From an archaeon (GTDB lineage Archaea; Nanobdellota; Nanobdellia; Woesearchaeales; UBA9642), in the NCBI GenBank assembly GCA_043806035.1, contig JAZDHK010000007.1:1-35819 (forward strand): a DNA stretch of 35,819 nucleotides, read 5' to 3'. Numbering within the stretch: position 1 is the stretch's first letter; each line of letters starts with the position of its first letter. Shown here in pieces: positions 8,665 through 17,206 of the stretch. The notes under the pieces are model-generated. The model was not told where the DNA came from, searched no databases, and saw nothing but the letters and a program-made list of their open reading frames with translations. The position numbers and the translations under genes were made by a program.

Positions 8665-9491
8665 CCATGAAGAAAAAAAAGAAAAACAGCGAAGCACGGA
8701 GCAAAATTAAGCTTCCCAAGTGGAAATACAAGGGCATACTCATAGGTGTGCTGGTCGTCATCATCTATTACTGGGCCATTTCGGGAACGGGAGTGAGCCC
8801 GTCAGAATTCATCAAGGGCATCCCTTTCATGATGGATTTTATAGGAAGAATGTTCCCTCCTGATTTCACCAATCTTGGCAGGTTCTTGATGAAGGCTGTC
8901 GAGACGTTGCAGATGGCAATAGTTGGGTCTACAATCGGCATGCTCCTCGCATTACCCTTGTCATTTCTTGCAGCAAGAAACGTGATGCCGAACAAATTCA
9001 TCTACCACTCAATCAGGAGCTTGTTCGATACCCTGCGCGGCATAAATGAGATCGTGTGGGGTCTCATATTCGTCTCCATGGTCGGCCTTGGTCCCTTCCC
9101 CGGAGTGTTGGCATTGGCCGCTCACGTCACAGGAGCGCTGGGCAGGTATTTTTCAGAGGCTATCGAGACAGTGGATCAAGACGTAATAAAGGCAGTTGTT
9201 TCAACGGGCGCGAACAGAATCCAGGTCATCATACGAGGCATATTCCCTCAAGTAAAGCCGTTGTTCATCAACTACGCATTGTACTATCTTGAGAATAATT
9301 TCAGGGCCGCGACAGTCCTCGGATTGGTCGGTGCTGGCGGCATCGGCATGGAGTTGCTGACGAGCGTGCGACTGTTCAGAAACAGAGAGGTCATCGTCAT
9401 CCTTATCATCATGGTTCTCATGGTCACCTTGATCGACAGGTTCAGCGCATACATACGCAAGAAGGTCATCAAGGTAGAATCATTGGACTAA
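8661..9491 (+). CDS. phnE: Phosphonate ABC transporter permease
   Basis: RMFPPD, ETLQMA, FLAARN, GLGPFPGVLAL, ENNFRAATVLGLVGAGGIG; start TTG 8661 or ATG 8667. Confidence 0.92.
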   Translation: MTMKKKKKNSEARSKIKLPKWKYKGILIGVLVVIIYYWAISGTGVSPSEFIKGIPFMMDFIGRMFPPDFTNLGRFLMKAVETLQMAIVGSTIGMLLALPLSFLAARNVMPNKFIYHSIRSLFDTLRGINEIVWGLIFVSMVGLGPFPGVLALAAHVTGALGRYFSEAIETVDQDVIKAVVSTGANRIQVIIRGIFPQVKPLFINYALYYLENNFRAATVLGLVGAGGIGMELLTSVRLFRNREVIVILIIMVLMVTLIDRFSAYIRKKVIKVESLD

Positions 9492-9531
9492 ACACATAAA
9501 ACGTTATAAATACTGAAAAGAGGAAACGCGC

Positions 9532-10227
9532 ATGAAAGTCATTATTTTAGCATCAGGCAAGTCAACACGGTTGCTTCCGTTGACGAAGGAAACGCCGCAA
9601 TGCCTCTTGCGAATAAAAGGGAAGGAAATCCTGACCCACCAGTTAGCACATCTCAAGAAGGCAGGAATGCAGGACATACTCGTTGTTTGCGGGTATCTTG
9701 CAGACAAGGTCGAGACATTTTGCAAAGGCATCCGTGTCAAAACAGCATTGAATCCATTTTATGACATTTCTGGGCTGGCGATGAGCTTGTGGGTGGTCAA
9801 GGATGAATTGAAACATGGGTTTTTGATGGTGTATTCTGATGTAGTATTTGATCCTGCCATCATTGAAGGGGTCATGAAACACAAAGGAGATATTTACTTG
9901 GCCATTCAGAAAAACCGCCCTCGAGAGGAGGCTGAAAAAGTCATTGAAGAAAAAGGCGTGCTAAGAAGAATGACTAAAAAGAAAGTCCCTGAAGGAAATG
10001 GAGAGTTTGTGGGCATTGCACGGTTTTCGGAGAAAGGGGCTAAACTACTGCTCGATGAGTTGCATGCTGTCGCAAAAAAGAATATTGCTGCTTCACTAAT
10101 AGAGGTGATTGATACGCTCATAAGGAAAGGGATAACCGTACGCGCGTATGACATCAAAGATGCCGACTATGTTGACATCGATTTTCCTGCTGACATCAAA
10201 CGTGCAATAGACATCTTTGAATTCTGA
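9532..10227 (+). CDS. Second LicC/PntC-like nucleotidyltransferase
   Basis: VIILASGKSTRLLPLTKETPQCLL, NPFY, YSDV, GEFVGIA, YVDIDFPAD; own TATA (TTATAAAT 9504-9511). Confidence 0.85.
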   Translation: MKVIILASGKSTRLLPLTKETPQCLLRIKGKEILTHQLAHLKKAGMQDILVVCGYLADKVETFCKGIRVKTALNPFYDISGLAMSLWVVKDELKHGFLMVYSDVVFDPAIIEGVMKHKGDIYLAIQKNRPREEAEKVIEEKGVLRRMTKKKVPEGNGEFVGIARFSEKGAKLLLDELHAVAKKNIAASLIEVIDTLIRKGITVRAYDIKDADYVDIDFPADIKRAIDIFEF

Positions 10228-10243
10228 AGTGACCTGTTTGAGC

Positions 10244-11221
10244 CTACCGCTTGTTCTGCGCATAGATGTCATAGATGAGTGTGATGCAGTGCAGGGCATC
10301 GTGCAAATCAGAGAGTGGCTTGTTTTCTTGGATGTGCATAACAAAATCCTCAAACTCTAAATCCCACGATCTGTCCTCTTCAGGGAAAGAAAATACTTCT
10401 TTGTCAGGGGGTCCCATCTCGGGTTTCATCTGATAGAAGGTGAGTGTTTCCACTCCATAACTTCTGCCTAACCCGCTAATTTCGATTTTTGCATTCCTGC
10501 ACATGATTTCGAACGAGAAGAGGTTCTTCCATTCGGTCCAGCAGGCATGGAGTTGCATGATTTGTCCTTGAGCGGTGCGAAGGAGAGCAAATCCGTTGTC
10601 TTCAACATCCATGTTCCAGAAATAGGTGGGGGTGAAGCCGACTGCATCTGCAAATTCTCCAAGAAACATGTTTCCAAGGTCGATGAGATGACAGCCTTGG
10701 TCCAACAACTCTCCTCCTCCAGATATGTCTTTTTTAGCTCGCCATTCCGTGTCATAGCCTATCCTGCCTCCGTGACCGTAGCGCGCCCTGATGAACATTA
10801 TGTCTCCGACAGAATCTTTTTTGAGGAGTTCTTTTGCTTTCAGCATGGCGGGATGATAACGGTGATTAAAGCCGACCTTTACCTTGATATTCTTTCCTCG
10901 AACGGCATCGAGCAATGTTTTCATCTCTTGCGGATTGCGCGCACCTGGTTTTTCGATGAGGACGTGCTTGCCGTGCTTGACTGCGTCAAGTGCTACAGGA
11001 ATGAGCATGTCGTTTGATGTGGAAACGATGACGATGTCAACGTCCGATCTCGTGACCTCTGTATACTCGGTAGTGAAACGGCAGGCATGTGCTTGGCTGA
11101 GCGTTCGTGCACGTTCTATGTTGGTGTCTGCGACAATCAAGAGTGTGTGGTCGTGCAGGGTTTTTGCTCGTTTGGTGCCGATGAATCCGCAACCGACAAT
11201 GCCTACCTTGTATTTTTTCAT
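10244..11221 (-). CDS. Gfo/Idh/MocA oxidoreductase (LmbZ/CcbZ family)
   Basis: VGIVGCGFIG, KHVLIEKP, VGFNHRY, GGGELLDQGCHLID. Confidence 0.88.
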   Translation of the reverse strand: MKKYKVGIVGCGFIGTKRAKTLHDHTLLIVADTNIERARTLSQAHACRFTTEYTEVTRSDVDIVIVSTSNDMLIPVALDAVKHGKHVLIEKPGARNPQEMKTLLDAVRGKNIKVKVGFNHRYHPAMLKAKELLKKDSVGDIMFIRARYGHGGRIGYDTEWRAKKDISGGGELLDQGCHLIDLGNMFLGEFADAVGFTPTYFWNMDVEDNGFALLRTAQGQIMQLHACWTEWKNLFSFEIMCRNAKIEISGLGRSYGVETLTFYQMKPEMGPPDKEVFSFPEEDRSWDLEFEDFVMHIQENKPLSDLHDALHCITLIYDIYAQNKR

Positions 11222-11994
11222 TTGTGCACCTCTAGGCTCTTGATGAGCGCTGCGTCTATTCTTCGTAACGTGAACAGATCTTTGTCATATGCTGCACTGC
11301 TGCGCTTGTCCCAATCATCATACAAATGGAGGAATCTGCCCGTAATGTTGTCCGATTGTTCTGTGCAGAGGAAGATAATGAATCGTTCAAGGCGGACAGG
11401 ATCAGCCCACGTCTTTGGTTCTTCATCGTGCAGTTGCTCGTCCCACATCTTTGTCTTGTGCTTTCCAGGGGCGATGACATTGATCGTGAGTTCAGGATGC
11501 TCTTCTGCCAGCGTTTCAGTGAAGCGGACCACTGCCGTCTTGGAACAGGCATATGCTGTGTGGTATCTTCTTGGATAGGCACTACCTCCTCCTGCAAAAT
11601 TGATGATCTTTCCTTTGCGTGCCTTTCGCAGGAGGGGAATGAGCAGTTGACATGCCTGCGCTGTGCCGAAGAGATTGACGGCAAATGTCGCTTTCCAAGC
11701 ATCCAGGTCGTTTTCGAGAAATGGACCAACAGGGCCAGTGACGCCTGCACAATTAATAAGCACATCTAGTGCCGTGATTCCGGACAGTGTACGCGAGAGG
11801 TCAGCCGAGTCAGCAATATTGCAGTGCAGCGTGTGCACTGCCGCCCCGTATGTCTTTTTGAGCGTCGAAGAAAGGATTTCTAGTTGTTCCTTCTCTATGG
11901 AAAGCAGGATGAGTGCAAAGTTGTGTTTTGCCAGAATGTGAGCTATCTTCGTACCTATGCCGCCCGTCGCACCCGTCAGAAGTACTGTTGGCAC
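11218..11994 (-). CDS. Short-chain dehydrogenase/reductase (paralog 2)
   Basis: LLTGATGGIG, INCAG, AYACSK (YxxxK), NVIAPG; start moved to GTG 11994 after GGAGGTGA. Confidence 0.88.
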   Translation of the reverse strand: MPTVLLTGATGGIGTKIAHILAKHNFALILLSIEKEQLEILSSTLKKTYGAAVHTLHCNIADSADLSRTLSGITALDVLINCAGVTGPVGPFLENDLDAWKATFAVNLFGTAQACQLLIPLLRKARKGKIINFAGGGSAYPRRYHTAYACSKTAVVRFTETLAEEHPELTINVIAPGKHKTKMWDEQLHDEEPKTWADPVRLERFIIFLCTEQSDNITGRFLHLYDDWDKRSSAAYDKDLFTLRRIDAALIKSLEVHK

Positions 11995-11998
11995 GCAT

Positions 11999-12859
11999 TC
12001 ACCTCCAGTGCAATCCTCTTTCTTTTGGCATGATGCGTCGCAGGGTGTATACGTCAGTGCTCTGAAGATCATTAATGTGCGTTTGGAATTCTCCCCACTT
12101 GTCCCAGACTGCGCTGATGAGTTTTCCCGAGACACCGTTGCTTTCTTCGCTCGCCAAATACACGCACAATGCCGCCCCTTTCTCTAAAGGAACTCCCCCT
12201 TCTTTTTTTTGACGTACTGATTTTTCGTAAAATGCTTTATCCACAAACTCAGGACCTGCCTCGAGAACCTCTTCCAAAAATCGTGTATTGAGTGCACCGG
12301 GCGCTATGGCGTTGATGTCTATGTGGAATGGCGCGTATTCTTTTGCGAGGGTTTCTGTTAGTCGGATAACTCCTGCCTTTGATGTGACGTACGCACTCAT
12401 GGTGGGGAGTGCACCGGGTCCTCCTCCTGCAATGTTGATGATTTTTCCATACTTGTTCGCCTGCATGTGTGGCAGGATGTGCTTACAGAAATACATCGTG
12501 CCGAATAGGTTGGTGACGATGGTCTGTTTCCACTCCTCGCTATTGTTGATGTCAAGCTTTCCTTTTGGTCCGCAAATGCCCGCATTGTTTACCATGATGC
12601 GAATAATGCCGAGTTCACGTATGCTGTAGTCGATGAATTGCTGTACTGCATGCTCATCAGCGACATCTACGGCGCGACATATGATTTTTTGCTTGTCCTG
12701 TGCCAGGGCACGCAGGTGTGCAACGGCAGCCGTGAGTTTCTTCTCATTGCGCGCACAGAGAGACAGTGATGCCCCTTCCTTGACGAATGCTTCAGCTATT
12801 GCTAAGCCCAATCCTTGGTTGGCTCCTGTGATTATTGCATTGCAATTGGTCAGTTTCAT
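11999..12859 (-). CDS. Short-chain dehydrogenase/reductase (paralog 1)
   Basis: ITGANQGLG, VNNAG, AYVTSK, NAIAPG; ATG 12859 overlaps the upstream stop (ATGA). Confidence 0.9.
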   Translation of the reverse strand: MKLTNCNAIITGANQGLGLAIAEAFVKEGASLSLCARNEKKLTAAVAHLRALAQDKQKIICRAVDVADEHAVQQFIDYSIRELGIIRIMVNNAGICGPKGKLDINNSEEWKQTIVTNLFGTMYFCKHILPHMQANKYGKIINIAGGGPGALPTMSAYVTSKAGVIRLTETLAKEYAPFHIDINAIAPGALNTRFLEEVLEAGPEFVDKAFYEKSVRQKKEGGVPLEKGAALCVYLASEESNGVSGKLISAVWDKWGEFQTHINDLQSTDVYTLRRIMPKERGLHWR

Positions 12860-14136
12860 GCTCTCCCCACACATACGTATGTGAAATCTTTTTTTTCAGG
12901 AAGTTCTTTCTCGATGAATCCCGTCGGATCGATGATTTTTTTTCCTGAGAATGATGCGGGATGGTCTGCCCACAGTTTCTTGAACGCCTGATGTTCTGTT
13001 GAAATAATGATGCATTCGGCTGAGCTAAGTGCGTCCTGCACAGTGGTTTGGAGCTGTATCGTATCAGAAAGGGATGCGGACAGCGCGGTTATGTACGGGT
13101 CGTAGGCGTAGACAATGCCTCCTTGCGAGCGTATCCATTCGCACAACTCCACTGAAGAAGATCTTCGTAAGGTGTTTGTGTTTGGTTTGTAAGTGAGGCC
13201 GAGTACGGCGAAACGTACGTTCTGCAATTTGCCGAACAGTTCTATGCATTTCCGTTTCAGCCAGCCTTTGTGGTAGTCATTGCTTGCCTTGACCGCTTCG
13301 ATGAGCATAGCTTTTTTGTGGTTTTCGTGGCTAAGATCGATAAGGAAGTTGATGTCTCTGGCAAGAGTTCCTCCTGCGAAGGAAAGCCCGGGACCGAGGT
13401 ATGCTTTGGGTCCTATGCGCGCTTCCGTCTTGAGCCCTCGTGCCACTTCCTTAGCGTCTGCACCCACTGCTTCACATATCGTTGCAAGCTCGTTCGCAAA
13501 AACGACGGAGGTGGCAAGGAAGGAATTGATGGCGTGCTTGGTCATTTCTGCCGACTCTGTCTTCATCCATTCTAGCCTGTCTGTTATTTTGGAGAAGAGT
13601 GGCCTGAATTCTTCCACGTCCGAGAGATTGCGCACGCCTATAATGATTCGGTCTGGTTCGCGGAACACCTGTATTGCCTGGCCCAATCTCAAATTTTCTG
13701 GAGAACAGGCAACATGCACGCTTTTTCCCGCTTGCACGAAAAGGTCTTCTATCTCTTTTGTAAATCCGACGGGCGCTTGGGAGGAAATAATGACTTTTGC
13801 CCCTTGAGGAACATACGGCAGTACTTTTCGTATGTTGTCCTTGACAAAAGCGAGATCTGCCACGTCATGGTCGTCAACTGGTGTATCGAAGGCAACCCAG
13901 AACACGTCGACTCCAGCAAGCGCTGATTTTGCATCGGTGGTAAAGGAGAGCGTGCTGTTCAGGTTCTTTTTGATGAGCTCTTCAAGACCGGGCTCGAACA
14001 GTGGAGGTTTTCCATTTTTAAGATTGGTTATCGTTTTTTCGTCAAAGTCAAGACCAATAACAGTACAACCGGAATCTGCTAGACAGGCTGCAGTGACGCA
14101 GCCCAGATGCCATAATCCAAAGACGCATACGTTCAT
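12856..14136 (-). CDS. UDP-glucose/GDP-mannose dehydrogenase homolog lacking the catalytic Cys (LmbL family)
   Basis: GLWHLG, EPGL, DTP, PENLRLG, SAEMTKHAINSF, GPGLSFAGGTLARD (canonical GGxC), LGLTYKPNT; start ATG 14136. Confidence 0.88.
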   Translation of the reverse strand: MNVCVFGLWHLGCVTAACLADSGCTVIGLDFDEKTITNLKNGKPPLFEPGLEELIKKNLNSTLSFTTDAKSALAGVDVFWVAFDTPVDDHDVADLAFVKDNIRKVLPYVPQGAKVIISSQAPVGFTKEIEDLFVQAGKSVHVACSPENLRLGQAIQVFREPDRIIIGVRNLSDVEEFRPLFSKITDRLEWMKTESAEMTKHAINSFLATSVVFANELATICEAVGADAKEVARGLKTEARIGPKAYLGPGLSFAGGTLARDINFLIDLSHENHKKAMLIEAVKASNDYHKGWLKRKCIELFGKLQNVRFAVLGLTYKPNTNTLRRSSSVELCEWIRSQGGIVYAYDPYITALSASLSDTIQLQTTVQDALSSAECIIISTEHQAFKKLWADHPASFSGKKIIDPTGFIEKELPEKKDFTYVCVGRA

Positions 14137-14231
14137 CACACACCCCACACGCACATATGAGAGGGAGAAAGAGGACAATTTATAAATTTAGTGCTGAATG
14201 CTGCTCCACTGAAAACGCCTGCAACAGGCGC

Positions 14232-14912
14232 TTATTTGAACTTTGCGGCATCATTCAGGAACATCTGCACCGTCTCTTTCGTATACGGATGTATGAGCAT
14301 GCCGTTCAGCAGGTTAGGGACTACGGTGACGATGTGTCCGCCTGCATCGAGCCATTCGATGACGTTAAGCACTTCTCTCGTGCTTGCGCAGATGATCTTT
14401 GCTTTCAGGTTGAACATGTCGAGCAGTTTTCGCAGTTTCTTCACTTCTTCGATAGAGTTGTAGCCCATGTTATTGACCCTACCACAGAAGATGCTGACGT
14501 ATGTTGCCCCTGCAAGGGCTGCGAGGAAGCATTGCTGTGCGCTCATCATTGCCGTGACATTGATGCGGACGTTGTGCACATTTTCAAGATCATAAATGAC
14601 CTTCATGTTGTCCAATTCTCCATTTGGCCCGTGGATGGGTACTTTGATGTTGATGTTCTCCGCCCAGTGCGAGAATTCTATGGCTTGTTCTATCATGTCT
14701 TGCATGTTTTCGTTGCTGGTGAGCTCGACAGAGAGTGGCAATGGGTAGATGAGCTGGGCTATTTCTATGCAGACGCGTTTCACACCCTCCATGCCGCCGC
14801 TGACTCCTGATTTTGCGAGGATTGTTGGATTGGTGGTTACTCCCCTGATGATGCCCATTTCGAGATAGTGCTTGATTTCGCTGATGTTTCCTGTGTCCAA
14901 AAATATTGGCAT
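14232..14912 (-). CDS. tal: Transaldolase, TalC/MipB type (LmbR family)
   Basis: IFLDT, GVTTNPT, LSVE, IKVP (Schiff-base Lys), INVT, YVSIFCGR, ASTR; the Glu/Phe pair indicates transaldolase rather than fructose-6-P aldolase. Confidence 0.9.
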   Translation of the reverse strand: MPIFLDTGNISEIKHYLEMGIIRGVTTNPTILAKSGVSGGMEGVKRVCIEIAQLIYPLPLSVELTSNENMQDMIEQAIEFSHWAENINIKVPIHGPNGELDNMKVIYDLENVHNVRINVTAMMSAQQCFLAALAGATYVSIFCGRVNNMGYNSIEEVKKLRKLLDMFNLKAKIICASTREVLNVIEWLDAGGHIVTVVPNLLNGMLIHPYTKETVQMFLNDAAKFK

Positions 14913-14936
14913 GATTTCCCCCCCTTGTCGTTGTGT

Positions 14937-15371
14937 CTAGTTCCTCTCCTCTTTTGATTCCCAGCAAAAATTGATTTGCTTGTCCGTCTCTTGAAAGAAC
15001 AGCGTGGGCCTGAACTGTGCTGTTGGTTTGTGGAACATGACCGCGGTGACATTTCCTGCAAATGCAGACAGGGTTTTTCCCGTGTTCGTGCAGTCATCGA
15101 CGACAAGCGTGTTCGGCGTGATGCGTTCTTTATTGGTAATAAGCGGCAGTCCTGTCATGTAGCTCAGCTTCACGCCAAGGCACAGACCCCCACGCGGCAA
15201 CGCGTAGATGCTATCAAAGGGTCTGTTCAGCACGTGGAGTTCATCGTACAAGTGCTTAATAGCTCTCTCGAACATGTCCCACGTGACAAAAATCCGTTGT
15301 TCTATGTTCATTTCATCGAAGAGCGTGTACTCAAGGATGTTCTTCAACACAACGTTATTCAGACGTGCCAT
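14937..15371 (-). CDS. Small type I phosphoribosyltransferase (Gpt-like)
   Basis: VTW, IYALPRGGL, PRPP-binding loop LVVDDCTNTGKTL, C-terminal FCWE; GGAGG RBS. Confidence 0.8.
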   Translation of the reverse strand: MARLNNVVLKNILEYTLFDEMNIEQRIFVTWDMFERAIKHLYDELHVLNRPFDSIYALPRGGLCLGVKLSYMTGLPLITNKERITPNTLVVDDCTNTGKTLSAFAGNVTAVMFHKPTAQFRPTLFFQETDKQINFCWESKEERN

Positions 15372-16042
15372 TGGCCGTCCTCTCCATACTCGTTCACGAG
15401 TTCTTTCAGGCGCTCGACGAGTGCTTCCTTGCCATGAATGTGTTCATCATAGTCTTGGATGAGTTCTTTCAGTCTGAAAATGATGAGGTGATGGATATCA
15501 CCATGAAACCCTTCCACTAACGGCGTTGAATTTTTTGGTACGATGATGCAGGCATCTGCAAGTTCCGTGAATGCCCCTCCATCAAAGCCTGCAATGCCTA
15601 TCGCTTTGCCCCCCTTGTCTTTGACGAACTGCATGGCCTTGGTCAAATTCTGGCTCCAGGCCAGTGCGTTGCCCCTTCCTTTTCCTCCATGGACGCTGAA
15701 GCAGACGATGACATCTCCTCGCTTGATGAAGTTCTCGATCTGGCCGACAAAGACGTTGTCCCATCCCTCGTCATTAATCCATGCGGTAATGAGGGAAGGG
15801 TTCTCGACAAGAGAAATGGCTTTTATGCGTTTCTTGTTTTTGCTCATGGTCGTTTTTGCCAAGTCTGCGGCGAAATGGCTTGCCGTGCCCGCACTGCCTC
15901 CACAGCCCGCAACATAGACGTGGTTGCCTTTCTGCCATGCCTCGAAGAGGATATCTACTGCTTTTGCAATTGCTGTTCTGTCTATGTTGATAGCAATGTC
16001 CTGTATTTCATCAAGATACGTTGCGATATAGTCCTCATGCAT
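15359..16042 (-). CDS. SIS-domain sugar-phosphate isomerase (GmhA/LmbN-like)
   Basis: GCGGSAGTASHFAADL, TAWINDEGW, GFDGG, VEGFH; SVHGG in place of GmhA STSG. Confidence 0.85.
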   Translation of the reverse strand: MHEDYIATYLDEIQDIAINIDRTAIAKAVDILFEAWQKGNHVYVAGCGGSAGTASHFAADLAKTTMSKNKKRIKAISLVENPSLITAWINDEGWDNVFVGQIENFIKRGDVIVCFSVHGGKGRGNALAWSQNLTKAMQFVKDKGGKAIGIAGFDGGAFTELADACIIVPKNSTPLVEGFHGDIHHLIIFRLKELIQDYDEHIHGKEALVERLKELVNEYGEDGQWHV

Positions 16043-17060
16043 GATACCCCTCCGCTATATTCATCAGATGATCTTCTCTGTAGACGATGCGTGCGCCGTC
16101 AAAATCAAACCGGAATGGCATGTAGATGAGCCCTTCTTTTTCGAGGAGGGTTTTGATGCGATCGTGGTTGTTCTCGACATAAACCATGAGGAATCCGCCG
16201 CCTCCAGCGCCGATGATCTTCCCACCTAATGCGCCGTTACGCATGGCAAGGTCGTACCACGTGTCTATTTGTGAGTTAGACATGCTTTGGGTTATCTTGC
16301 GCTTGAGTTCCCAGTGGACGTTCATCCATTCTCCGAATCTGGGCAGGTTGGCGACTTCAAGACATTTCCTGCTTTGGTCCCCTATTTTTTTGATCTCGTG
16401 ATAGTAGGAGAACATATCGTCCTGGCTGGTCTTGCTTTCCGCCTTCGTTTTCTGCTCTTGCAAGAGTGCGTTGGCGCTGTGCGTGAATCCCGTGAAGAAG
16501 AGCATGAGGTTTTTTTCGAGCTTGCGTATGTTTTCGTGCTCTATGTTAATGGGTGTTACAATGACTCTGCCGTTCGTTCCTATCTTGAGATGGTTAAGGT
16601 GCCCGAATGCCGAGGCGTACTGGTCTTGCTTACCTATAGGTTCCTTGAGGACGTTCATGGTTATGTGTGATGCATCCTCGGCAAGCTTGTACTTTGAGAC
16701 GACTTCTCCTTTATAGAAGTAGAGCGCATTGAGCAAACCGACAAGGAATGCGCTTGAGCTGCCAAGACCATTTCCTGCAGGAAGGTCTGCAATGGAGTGT
16801 ATTTCTATACTTTCTTTAATGCCAAGAAGTCGCAGCGCCTCTCTGATGAGCGGATGTTGTATGTCATCGAGGTCATTGACGATCTCCGTCCGAGAGTAGT
16901 TGAGCTTGATGTCGGTGTCCACTCTACGACTTACGGTGATGTAGACATACTTGTTGATGCTCGCCGTAAGCAAGGATCCGCCGAATTTGTCCGCAAAGAA
17001 GGGGAGGTCCGTGCCTCCACCACCTAGCGATATGCGCAATGGCGCTCTGCTGATAATCAT
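16035..17060 (-). CDS. hddA: GHMP sugar-phosphate 1-kinase (HddA/LmbP-like)
   Basis: SRAPLRISLGGGGTDLP, DLPAGNGLGSSSA, GKQDQY, GALGGKIIGAGGGGF. Confidence 0.88.
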   Translation of the reverse strand: MIISRAPLRISLGGGGTDLPFFADKFGGSLLTASINKYVYITVSRRVDTDIKLNYSRTEIVNDLDDIQHPLIREALRLLGIKESIEIHSIADLPAGNGLGSSSAFLVGLLNALYFYKGEVVSKYKLAEDASHITMNVLKEPIGKQDQYASAFGHLNHLKIGTNGRVIVTPINIEHENIRKLEKNLMLFFTGFTHSANALLQEQKTKAESKTSQDDMFSYYHEIKKIGDQSRKCLEVANLPRFGEWMNVHWELKRKITQSMSNSQIDTWYDLAMRNGALGGKIIGAGGGGFLMVYVENNHDRIKTLLEKEGLIYMPFRFDFDGARIVYREDHLMNIAEGYHA

Positions 17061-17140
17061 AAACTACCACCACTTAACACTTTTTCAATAACTCTGAATA
17101 ACTAATATATAAATCTTTCTTAGAAAGTGTTATAAATAGA
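17061..17140 (-). promoter_or_regulatory. Promoter region of the kinase-isomerase-PRTase-transaldolase operon
   Basis: Minus-strand TTTATATA (17106-17113); inverted repeat TAACACTTT (17075-17083) / AAAGTGTTA (17124-17132); CTTTCT-T-AGAAAG palindrome; GGTGG RBS. Confidence 0.55.
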
Positions 17141-17206
17141 GTAAAAAGAAACAAATAACAACCCAATAATGACAAAAGAATGAGTTTATTGGTAGATGGG
17201 ATGAAA

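Noticed and set aside
4808-10227. De novo phosphonate biosynthesis or C-P lyase catabolic cluster
   Set aside because: No PEP mutase (EDK...NS motif), phosphonopyruvate decarboxylase, PhnG-M, PhnWX or PtxD-like ORF in the window; they could lie elsewhere in the genome
11995-12135. N-terminal extensions given by the ORF track (also for 19472-20566, 20470-21555, 21709-22044, 28251-31511)
   Set aside because: They overlap neighbouring genes or promoters; downstream starts fit RBS/TATA spacing and domain boundaries
14232-14912. Fructose-6-phosphate aldolase
   Set aside because: Has the transaldolase Glu (LSVE) and Phe (VSIFCGR) rather than the FSA Gln/Tyr pair
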